Source: Candidatus Baldrarchaeum yapensis (GTDB taxonomy: Archaea; Asgardarchaeota; Baldrarchaeia; Baldrarchaeales; Baldrarchaeaceae). Taken from it: 13,188 bases of DNA. Below are positions 1-7,687 of this stretch, one piece after another (position 1 is the stretch's first letter; the number at the start of each line of letters is the position of its first letter). Location: the NCBI GenBank assembly GCA_016840465.1, contig JAEOSH010000055.1:1-13188 (forward strand). The letters run 5' to 3'. A program made the position numbers and the translations under genes. The notes under the pieces are model-generated. The model saw only the letters and a list, made by a program, of their open reading frames with translations, ran no database searches and was not told the DNA's origin.

Positions 1-13
1 AGTACTCACTATA

Positions 14-36
14 TTTATAATGTCAATTGTGACAAT
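14..36 (+). promoter_or_regulatory. Putative TATA box with adjacent overlapping palindromes (operator-like) upstream of the hydrolase gene
   Basis: TTTATAA at 14-20, followed by TGTCA-N4-TGACA (21-34) overlapping ATTGT-G-ACAAT (26-36). It lies about 25 nt before the GTG at 42. Confidence 0.45.
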
Positions 37-41
37 ATTCA

Positions 42-1568
42 GTGAACGCCTGTTTAAATGAACCATGCAACAACCGTCGAATGGAAGTGGTTTCCGTGAA
101 GAGGGGAGCAGTAGCATTCGTGGTATTCCTAGTTGTATTTCTCGTGACTGCCACTCTGCCCATATATTTCCAGTACACAACCGTCGATATAAAGAGTGGT
201 CAGATAAGTACTCCCGTCGGACCAATAGGACTCGCTTACGTAAGCCCAAAGTTCGAGGCGCGGAAGGACATCGTTTTCATAGTGGTGCACGGCTGGTCTG
301 GAAGTAACTTCTTTGTCAGACCGCTAGCAATAGAAATTGCGAAAATGGGGTTCAAAGTATTACTCATGGACCATATGGGGCACTGTGGATCTGAGAATTT
401 CCTCATGCTGAGACTTCAGCTTAAGGATATTAGAAAGATGTGTGTAGATGCCATGGAAAAATCTTTCTTCTACATGCAACTCGTAATATCTGAGGCTCGG
501 AGGTTTGTCGGAAACAATAGTGCAAAGATTATAATCGTGGGGCATAGCTTAGGAGGAGCCCTTGCGATAATGTGGGGTTTTCAATCTAGGGACGTAGAAC
601 TAGTCTTTGCTCTCGGCCCAGTCCCCACATACGAGTACGTTAATGCATCTATGCCCAAGAGGCTTATCGTAATTATGGGAAAGTGGGACCAAGTTTTCAC
701 ATTAGAGGAAGAAATGGAACTCCTAAGGAGGGCGGGGTGGGCGGAACCCCGAGTTGATGAGTATTTCGAGACAAATGGAACCGTACGCGGACTCTATATG
801 GTGAAATGGGCAGGGCATCTTTGGGAACCATACTCGAAGGAAACAGTCGAAATAATAAGGGAATGGACCAAGAAGGTTGCAGGCCCGGTAAGGGAAGCCC
901 CCATTAATATAATGATCCACTCGATATGCGGAATAGTAATATCACCGATAATGGGAGCGTTTGCGATAGCAACGCTTCCAAGAATATTGGCGAGAAGGCT
1001 AGGTACCGAAAGAAGGAACTTCTCCGAAATTTTCGGGAGCCCATTACCTCAAATGGAGGGGGCACGCAGACTCGTATTTGCGCTAATAATGGGTCTCGGC
1101 CTTTACACAGAGATTTTTGCAAGCCTCGGCTTTTCGTTCATACCGGTGTTTCCTGCGACTTTCCTTAGACTTGCACTGGTTCCTCTGTTCTTCATCCTCT
1201 TACTGGTAGGGAATCTTATATGGGAGGCGATATTCAGGAAACTCTTACCTCGTCCTCTCGCAAAGAGAGGAAAACCAGCTCTGTATCTGTCAGTTGGTGC
1301 ATCTATGGGCGTGCGTTATATCCTAATAGCGCTACCGTTCCTCTTGCTCGCAGTGTACGCGGAAAGAATGGGATTCGGCAGCGTCTCGATATTAAGGGGG
1401 TTAATGATGCTTTTCATGATAATAGGGGCCATAGGAACATTGCTCATGGAGATTGCAGCAATAACAACATACCTCTATACGGAGGATATAAAAGCGTCTG
1501 CGTTTGCAAATACACTTCCATGGGCTGTGATCGGAGCATCTGCGCTCCCATTAATGCTAATAGTCTAA
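42..1568 (+). CDS. Membrane-anchored alpha/beta-fold serine hydrolase (esterase/lipase-like) with a C-terminal multi-pass membrane domain. The true start may be ATG 81.
   Basis: N-terminal hydrophobic helix (AVAFVVFLVVFLVTATLPIYF), oxyanion-loop motif VVHGWSG, nucleophile elbow GHSLGG (S169, codon 546-548), candidate Asp (KWDQ, D216) and His (AGHLW, H259). About 6 hydrophobic segments follow from around residue 290. Confidence 0.85.
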   Translation: MNACLNEPCNNRRMEVVSVKRGAVAFVVFLVVFLVTATLPIYFQYTTVDIKSGQISTPVGPIGLAYVSPKFEARKDIVFIVVHGWSGSNFFVRPLAIEIAKMGFKVLLMDHMGHCGSENFLMLRLQLKDIRKMCVDAMEKSFFYMQLVISEARRFVGNNSAKIIIVGHSLGGALAIMWGFQSRDVELVFALGPVPTYEYVNASMPKRLIVIMGKWDQVFTLEEEMELLRRAGWAEPRVDEYFETNGTVRGLYMVKWAGHLWEPYSKETVEIIREWTKKVAGPVREAPINIMIHSICGIVISPIMGAFAIATLPRILARRLGTERRNFSEIFGSPLPQMEGARRLVFALIMGLGLYTEIFASLGFSFIPVFPATFLRLALVPLFFILLLVGNLIWEAIFRKLLPRPLAKRGKPALYLSVGASMGVRYILIALPFLLLAVYAERMGFGSVSILRGLMMLFMIIGAIGTLLMEIAAITTYLYTEDIKASAFANTLPWAVIGASALPLMLIV

Positions 1569-1613
1569 GTATCAGTGCTGATGCATTTTAGCGAATAATG
1601 GAGTGGCATTCAT

Positions 1614-2075
1614 ATGAACATCAGCACCGAAGAATCAGCGCATGCGCATATTACCGAAACCTACTTTTTGGCTAAAATGATAAGCCACACATGTTCTTCA
1701 CTGCTAGCTCATTACCTAAATTTCAAATCAACCAACCTTTTGAAAAACGTAGTTTGCAAACAGACAGGACTGATAAGGGTCTACAGCATCCATGATATAT
1801 TCGTAGTGGCGAAGGGTCTCGGTAAGTACGCCTTGCCTAAGGGGATAGGGAGGTAATCACAGGGGAGGATAACGGATTCTGTGTTTCATGTGCAGGTATA
1901 TGCGAATCACCGTGGTTGGAGAATTCTGAACTCGATCCTGATACCAGAAGAAGATAAAGGAATCGAGTCAGTATTTATGGGAGACCCTTATGATTGCAGT
2001 CGCGCCTATTGCTTATTCATTAACTCAGGATCGGAGAATCTTCCCGTAGAGCTGGGCATCATTATTATTCCGTAA
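1614..2075 (+). pseudogene. Possible disrupted hypothetical gene: two in-frame ORFs separated by one TAA
   Basis: ORFs 1614-1856 and 1881-2075 share a frame (offset 267 nt = 89 codons) with a single stop at 1854-1856. No recognisable motif. Confidence 0.25.
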
Positions 2076-2118
2076 ATGTAATCGAGCGATGCAAGATCTC
2101 CGCAGTTCTGACACACGT

Positions 2119-2580
2119 CATGAGATTGATGTCTCCTCCTGTGTCAATAGGGAAAAGATTCAGAAAAAACTTGCTAAGAAGCCACGTAAGATGAAAAAAC
2201 TTGAAGAAGTACTCTGGAAGGGAGAAGAGAAGAGTTAAAGACCATCCGCATAAAGTATCAGCTATAATTATCTCAGAAGCTATGAAACGTAATGCCAAGA
2301 TTATAATGGAGGATTTAAAGTATATACGAAATCATCTACTAAAAATAAAAATAATAAGAACATGAGGAGAAGACTAAATAGATGGAACTTCAGAAAATTA
2401 CGGTTCTTCATCGAATATAAAGCTAAATGGAATGGTTTAAGTATTAATTATGTTAGAAGCTTATAAAATCTCAACCCTGTGCCCAATATATGTGGGTCTA
2501 GATCAAATCCGAATGGGCACAGGATCTTGAGATGCGAGAAATGTGGCTTAGAATTCGATAGAGATGTTGTGGCAACTAAA
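2119..2580 (+). mobile_element. tnpB: tnpB (IS200/IS605-family RNA-guided nuclease) pseudogene fragment, truncated and multiply frameshifted
   Basis: Joining frames gives IQKKLAKKPRKMKKL / KYSGREKRRVKDHPHKVSAIIISEAMKRNAKIIMEDLKYIR / NKNMRRRLNRWNFRKLRFFIEYKAKWNGLSINYV / AYKISTLCPI / CGSRSNPNGHRILRCEKCGLEFDRDVVAT. This contains the RuvC-II MEDL (2306-2317), the CPxC...CxxC zinc ribbon and the RuvC-III DRD (2557-2565). No RuvC-I region was seen. Confidence 0.88.
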
Positions 2581-2814
2581 GCCAGACGGAACGGGAGAAA
2601 CGCTCCATCCAGTACCAAATATTACCAAAGACCCATAAAACTGGATAAAGCGGAGAACGGAGATACCAAGGAAGTACGGAAAGCCCATCATATTGGGAAT
2701 GAACAGTGGTTCGACGCGTACTTCAAGGTGATCTACGGGAAGACATACCGATACACCTCATGACGGAAGAGAACGCCCTACCATGCACGCACTTTACAAG
2801 TGCCATTTCATGAG

Positions 2815-2821
2815 AAAAAAA
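2815..2821 (-). terminator. Oligo-T terminator candidate for the MFS gene
   Basis: A7 on the + strand (T7 on -), about 12 nt past the MFS stop at 2833. This matches archaeal oligo-U termination. Confidence 0.4.
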
Positions 2822-2832
2822 TGCAAGGAGAG

Positions 2833-4059
2833 TTAACCTCGCTCGGAGACCATCGCAAGCAACGCCATTGCAACTATGGCGAGTGCTGCACCATAAAGGA
2901 ACGCAAGATAGGGCTGTATGTCGAATAGGAATCCGGCCAGTATTCCTCCGGGAAGCGTTGCGAGCCCAACCGCGGTATGGAAGGTTCCGAGAGCCGTGCC
3001 CCTGATATCCTCGGATGCCAACTTTGAGGTGAAGGCGCGTTGCGTTCCATTAGTCATCGCGTACGTTAGTCCGTATGTTGCAAATAGCACGACTATTGTC
3101 GCTAGAGACAATGCATAAAACCACGAGAAAACAAAACCTAGGCACACCGCCGCAAACACAACGTATCCTCCGAGGATCACCCTCTTCATTCCAACTCTGT
3201 CCGCCAGCATCCCCATCGGAATCGCAAGCAACGCATAGATCGAATTGAATACTACATACATAAGTATTGCAAGGGCCGTTGCCAGTCTTTCGTCGTATCC
3301 TAAGAGCATAAGCATATCCTTTGCCATCGCTAGGAAAAGCATATACGTGAAGTTTGCCATCGCGAATACGGACGCCGCTGCTATCAACAATTTAAGATCC
3401 CTAGGAAGTCCTGCAATGCTGAGTGCTAGCGAGATCTCCTTGGGTTCCCTTCTCCTCTCGGTGACAAATATCAGGGGAACGAGCGCCAAGAACGCTACTG
3501 CGACACCTATCCACAGGATCGTAATGATGGCTTCTTTGAGTTGCTCCGGCTCCGCCCCCTCGGGAGATAAACTCCAGAAGAGGAAGAATGCTAGGAGTGA
3601 TCCGAGTATTGCGCCGCTCGTGTCAAGCGCTCTATGCAACCCGAAAACTTTTCCTCTAACACTTTCTTCAGAGAAATCGGCAATTAGCGCATCTCTGGGT
3701 GCGGTTCTGATCCCTTTGCCCACTCTTTCAATCGGCCTCAGGACGGCAAGATGCCACCAGTGGGTTGACAGTGGAAAGAACATCTTAGATGCCGCGGATG
3801 CTCCGTAGCCCGAGACAACAAACACCTTCCGCCTACCATATTTATCCGACCAGTATCCTGAAAACACCCTCAAAATGCTGGATACGGAGTCTCCCAACCC
3901 GCCTATAAGTCCTAGTGCGACGCCCGTGCCGCCGAGTATCATTATGAAGAAGGGAAGTACTGGGAACATCATCTCACTGCTCGTATCCGTGAGAAAGCTT
4001 ACGATTCCCAGCAGTATTATATTAAGACTGATCCCTAAGACCCTCCTGTCACGTGCCAT
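2833..4059 (-). CDS. Major facilitator superfamily transporter (MJ1317-like type), about 12 TM. Likely start ATG 4059; alternative start 4077.
   Basis: LGIVSFLTDTSSEM N-terminal motif, MFS motif A GYWSDKYGRRK and its repeat GMLADRVGMKR, and RVGKGIRTAPRDALIAD and GKVFGLHRALDT. An SD-like GGAGGAAGGTGAGG lies directly before ATG 4059. Confidence 0.93.
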   Translation of the reverse strand: MARDRRVLGISLNIILLGIVSFLTDTSSEMMFPVLPFFIMILGGTGVALGLIGGLGDSVSSILRVFSGYWSDKYGRRKVFVVSGYGASAASKMFFPLSTHWWHLAVLRPIERVGKGIRTAPRDALIADFSEESVRGKVFGLHRALDTSGAILGSLLAFFLFWSLSPEGAEPEQLKEAIITILWIGVAVAFLALVPLIFVTERRREPKEISLALSIAGLPRDLKLLIAAASVFAMANFTYMLFLAMAKDMLMLLGYDERLATALAILMYVVFNSIYALLAIPMGMLADRVGMKRVILGGYVVFAAVCLGFVFSWFYALSLATIVVLFATYGLTYAMTNGTQRAFTSKLASEDIRGTALGTFHTAVGLATLPGGILAGFLFDIQPYLAFLYGAALAIVAMALLAMVSERG

Positions 4060-4221
4060 GGCCTCACCTTCCTCCATGACTGACGATGCCTTAACTTAAC
4101 TCTATAACTTTAGTCGGAGTTTTAACTGTGTATGTCTGTACCCGAACTTAATGTTTCATTCCTATGTGTAACATAACAAAAAATATGCTACGAAGAGGAA
4201 GGAGAGAATACCGTGGTACCT

Positions 4222-4610
4222 ATGAGAGCGGAGCAGGTATTTGCAAGGGTTGAATTGAAGCATGAGGATAAGACTATCAGTGTTAGAGCACTCGTTGATA
4301 CGGGTGCAAGTCGGAGCGCCATTTCATTAAGACTCGCCCGGAGGTTATGATCCTTTATTCCGTTAAAGAAGCCATATTACTTGAGAATTGCAAATAAAGA
4401 CGGAAGAGTAAAAATAATCGGACGATGTATGGTAGACATAGTATTTGAAGGGGTGGAGGTTCCCGGCGGAGTGGTCTTTGAGGTCGTCGAGAACCTCAGA
4501 GAGGACGTGGATCTGATAATTGGGAGACCGGAAATAGATGCATGGGATATGGTGTTTACACCGGAGGATCCCGACCGCGTAAAGTTCCCATAGAATTCGA
4601 GATAATTTAG
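4222..4610 (+). pseudogene. Retropepsin-like (clan AA) aspartyl protease pseudogene
   Basis: MRAEQVFARVELKHEDKTISVRALVDTGASRSAISLRLARRL*SFIPLKKPYYLRIANKDG...DVDLIIGRPEIDAWDMVFTPE. It has the catalytic DTGAS and the C-terminal IIG motif. There is an in-frame TGA at 4348-4350, and a probable 1-nt frameshift near 4567 that would restore ...RPRKVPIEFEII* ending at 4610. Confidence 0.82.
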
Positions 4611-4976
4611 TACTATTTCTTCGACTTTAACCGCGAAAATTTAAACAGTCATATTAGGTCTTTCAGATTCCCAATGATGCAGATCACAATAAAGCCATAT
4701 TGCGAGCCCATGAAAATCGCCTTAAATGTTGTTTTTCATTACCACGACAAATTGCTAAAAACAGTCCACCTAGACTCTTATGTCGTGATGCCGTGCTCTG
4801 CGATACTGTCATGAAAAATGAGTTTTAAACACATTTAGAAAATCGCTGCAGTGAAAACACCCGTTTTTCCAAGTCGTATGGCGGCTTATGCAAGTCAGGT
4901 AACAGGAACTCTTGGATGTGGGCTCAGAGGTTACCCGAAAGGGGTCTTGGCAGATATGTTTTATCGAGGAGGATCA

Positions 4977-5140
4977 TTGGCTGTCGACTATAGGAAGATT
5001 GCGGAGGCTGTCAGAGTGATTGCGGAGATGCTGACGGTGCGAGTGAAGTGAGGGTTGTCACGAAGAAGAGGACCGACATTTCGTTTAGCTTGGAGGGTAG
5101 GAAGGCGGGAGAAGACACGAGTAATTACGTTGAAGGCAGC
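4977..5140 (+). pseudogene. Degraded gene remnant, possibly a minimal nucleotidyltransferase-type N-terminus
   Basis: A strong SD (GAGGAGG, 4966-4972) precedes TTG 4977 (MAVDYRKIAEAV...). The frame stops at 5051. A shifted frame gives GDADGASEVRVVT, loosely like the GxxxRG...SDxD motif. Confidence 0.2.
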
Positions 5141-5446
5141 CGGTTTTTGTCGTAACCCCCCAGGCAGATAAGCTTGAAAAGGTAGAATGGTTGGCTTTGT
5201 AATTAAATAATCAAATAAGGAACAAGAAGTCTGTCGATTAAGAGAGATCCTGCGCAATCATTAAGTTCAGCAGCGAATCAGGAGATGTTTAATAATTTTT
5301 ATGATTTAAGGAGAATTCTCTGCTCCATGAAAACCATATCGTGATGATAGGTGAAAAATGGCGAAATTCCGCTTTTTCAATTTGTAAATAGAATTGTTTC
5401 TTACGGAATTACGAAACGGTCTCAAAGGAAGTAGAAAAAAATGAAA

Positions 5447-5466
5447 GTCGATATTTTTAAATCGAC
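5447..5466 (+). promoter_or_regulatory. Inverted repeat enclosing the putative TATA box of the acyl-CoA ligase gene
   Basis: GTCGAT-ATTTTTAA-ATCGAC has perfect 6-bp arms. TTTTTAAA at 5454-5461 is TATA-like. Confidence 0.5.
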
Positions 5467-5504
5467 ATAAAGAACTAATATTGCTAGGTACGGATTTGGT
5501 GTGT

Positions 5505-7259
5505 ATGATGGAGAAGGGACACCCACAAAGTATAGAAAAGGGTTTTAAAGAACGTACGGTGGACCTGTACAGCGATGATCTTTTTAAGTCCCATCTTCGT
5601 GGTATTAGGAAGAGCCCTTGGGTTGAAGAGGGGCGTCCATGGTATAAGTGGTATGAATCAACCGCCCCTCGACTAATAGATTACCCAGAAGTCCCACTCT
5701 ATGAGATTTGTGACCAAGCGGCCTTAAAGTTTCCAAATAATACATTTGTGATTTACACGAAGGATGGACGAAAATACATATACTTGGAACTCAAGTATTA
5801 CACTGACAAGCTTGCGGCGGCTCTTTATGATAAGTTCGGGATTGGAAAAGGAAAGTCTATTGCGTTACTGATGTGGAATTCTCCAGAGTACATATTCAGC
5901 TGTTTCGGAGTTCTCAAGACAGGGGCATGTTGCACCCCGATAAATCCTCTTCTAACAAGGGATGACGTGAGCTATATTATTGATAACGCGGAGATCATAG
6001 ATACGGTAATAGTTGAGGATAGGCTCTATCCGCTCATCAGGGGAATTGACAAGATAAGGAATGTTATAGTTGTTGGTAGAAAGATGGAAGGAGCTTATGA
6101 ATTCTGGGAGTTAATTGAAGCTTATAGGCCGGATCAGCGTCCTGAGGTGGAAATAGATCCCAAGGAGAATCTCGCACTTCTTATGTATACTGGCGGAACT
6201 ACCGGAAGGCCTAAGGGCGTTATGCTGACACACTTCAATTTACTTGCGAATGCTCTCCAATGCACGTATACGGGAAGAGATTTGGAAAAAGTGAGAAGTG
6301 GATTTGGAAAAGGGCGTACCCTGATTGCATTACCAATATGCCACATCTATGGCTTCACGATGGTTATGTATTCCATATACCAAGGGGCAATGATGATTTT
6401 GATGGAAAGATTCGATATTCGGGAGTTCTGTGAAAATGTTGAAAAATACCAGGTGCATTACTTCCCGGGAGCGCCAACAATGTATGTTTATCTGGTAAAT
6501 TATCCTGAGATCTCAAAGTATAATTTCTCTTCTCTGGTCTCTGCGATTTCTGGTTCCGCACCGTTGCCTCCGGAAGTTGCAAGGAAATGGGAGGAACTTA
6601 CCGGAGTTCCCGCTTGTATGGGGTATGGACTGACCGAATGCAGCCCTGTTACAACAGTTAATCCTGTATGGGTTTTTGGCACCGTAAAGCGCGAAAGTAT
6701 CGGGATTCCATTAATAGATACTGACTGTAAAATCGTGGATCTAGAGACCGGCGAGGAAGTTCCTCTAGGAGAAGTCGGAGAGATTCTATGGAGAGGACCG
6801 CAAGTAATGAAAGGATACTGGAAGGCCCCTGAAATGACAAGAGAAGTCCTAACTGAGGATGGCTGGGTTAGATCTGGAGATTTGGCGTACATGGATGAAG
6901 ATGGTTTCATTTACATAGTGGGGAGAGTTAAGGACATCATAAAATATAAGGGATATCGCCTACTACCCGACGAAATAGAGGCAAAACTTTACGAGCATCC
7001 TGCGGTTATGGAGTGTGCAGTAATAGGAGTTCCTGATCCGGTTGCTGGCGAAAACATAAAAGCATTCATAGTCTTAAAGCCGGAGTATCGCGGAAAAATA
7101 TCTGAAGAGGAAATACTGGAATGGGCAAAAGAAAAACTGGGACCACTAAAGCACCCCAGAATTATAGAATTTAGATCCTCACTCCCCAAAACTCCGGTTG
7201 GTAAAATATTTAGAAGGAAATTGCGTGAAGAAGAGTACGAAAAGGCAAAACAGAAGTGA
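5505..7259 (+). CDS. AMP-forming acyl-CoA synthetase (long-chain fatty acid-CoA ligase/FadD-like, ANL superfamily). Start could be 5481, 5505 or 5508.
   Basis: P-loop YTGGTTGRPKG, GYGLTE, the fatty acyl-CoA synthetase signature DGWVRSGDLAYMDEDGFIYIVGRVKDIIK, and the catalytic-Lys motif LPKTPVGKI. Substrate chain length cannot be determined by eye. Confidence 0.92.
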   Translation: MMEKGHPQSIEKGFKERTVDLYSDDLFKSHLRGIRKSPWVEEGRPWYKWYESTAPRLIDYPEVPLYEICDQAALKFPNNTFVIYTKDGRKYIYLELKYYTDKLAAALYDKFGIGKGKSIALLMWNSPEYIFSCFGVLKTGACCTPINPLLTRDDVSYIIDNAEIIDTVIVEDRLYPLIRGIDKIRNVIVVGRKMEGAYEFWELIEAYRPDQRPEVEIDPKENLALLMYTGGTTGRPKGVMLTHFNLLANALQCTYTGRDLEKVRSGFGKGRTLIALPICHIYGFTMVMYSIYQGAMMILMERFDIREFCENVEKYQVHYFPGAPTMYVYLVNYPEISKYNFSSLVSAISGSAPLPPEVARKWEELTGVPACMGYGLTECSPVTTVNPVWVFGTVKRESIGIPLIDTDCKIVDLETGEEVPLGEVGEILWRGPQVMKGYWKAPEMTREVLTEDGWVRSGDLAYMDEDGFIYIVGRVKDIIKYKGYRLLPDEIEAKLYEHPAVMECAVIGVPDPVAGENIKAFIVLKPEYRGKISEEEILEWAKEKLGPLKHPRIIEFRSSLPKTPVGKIFRRKLREEEYEKAKQK

Positions 7260-7286
7260 TTATTTATTATTTTCCCCCCATTTTTT
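7260..7286 (+). terminator. T-rich terminator candidate after the acyl-CoA ligase
   Basis: TTATTTATTATTTTCCCCCCATTTTTT immediately follows the TGA stop. Confidence 0.45.
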
Positions 7287-7369
7287 GTCAGATCCATTAT
7301 GCAATTATATGGGCTCATGCGGCTTAGTTGTGTAGATGGTTGACCTGATAGATAGTACTTCTTTTGTTG

Positions 7370-7420
7370 AATGTTACAATGTAACATTATTATGGAGTTT
7401 AAAGATTAATGCTTGTTACA
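7370..7420 (+). promoter_or_regulatory. Palindromic operator plus TATA box of the decayed vapBC operon
   Basis: Perfect inverted repeat AATGTTACA-A-TGTAACATT (7370-7388), TTTAAA (7398-7403), and an extra half-site TGTTACA (7414-7420). ATG is at 7445. Confidence 0.6.
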
Positions 7421-7444
7421 AGGAGTAGTGCTTGGATAGTCGTT

Positions 7445-7687
7445 ATGAGCAAGGTTGAAGACCGAACATGTGCGGGTTCTTGAGAAGATAATGAGAAGGT
7501 ATAGGCTCAGGAGGTTATCGGAGGCCCTAGATTTAGCTCTTAGAATTGCGCCTAGAGAAATGGACAAGTTTCGAGGGATTCCCGGGCCTTTCTGGAGAGC
7601 CTTAGGATGGCGGGCGAGGGTGGAGAAAGGGATTCCGAGATGGTTGATGAATTGCTATATGGTGGGAAAAGTGGCGATTCTGATTGA
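7445..7687 (+). pseudogene. vapB: Antitoxin (VapB-like, probable ribbon-helix-helix) pseudogene with frameshifts
   Basis: MSKV / KTEHVRVLEKIMRRYRLRRLSEALDLALRIAPREMDKFRG / DSRAFLESLRMAGEGGERDSEMVDELLYGGKSGDSD*. The acidic C-terminus (SEMVDELLYG) is typical of antitoxins, and the stop at 7685-7687 overlaps the PIN gene start. Confidence 0.6.

Noticed and set aside
2479-2763. 94-aa zinc-finger ORF as an independent gene
   Set aside because: Its first third is the tnpB zinc ribbon and DRD motif. The rest is read-through into unrelated sequence.
3245-3808. 187-aa + strand ORF, and other shadow ORFs such as 6500-6910, 6989-7387, 12101-12484 and 1220-1591
   Set aside because: They are antisense or alternate-frame shadows of well-supported genes and have no motifs.
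4145-4158. TGTGTAACATAACA as a third copy of the vapBC operator
   Set aside because: Only half-sites match and the dyad spacing is wrong.
4931-4946. CCC-GAAA-GGG tetraloop hairpin as part of an ncRNA
   Set aside because: The stem is only 3 bp with no supporting wider structure, which is expected by chance.
4673-5347. Box C/D sRNA candidates (ATGATGC near 4674, GTGATGA at 5341)
   Set aside because: No matching CTGA D box at a suitable distance and no terminal stem were seen.
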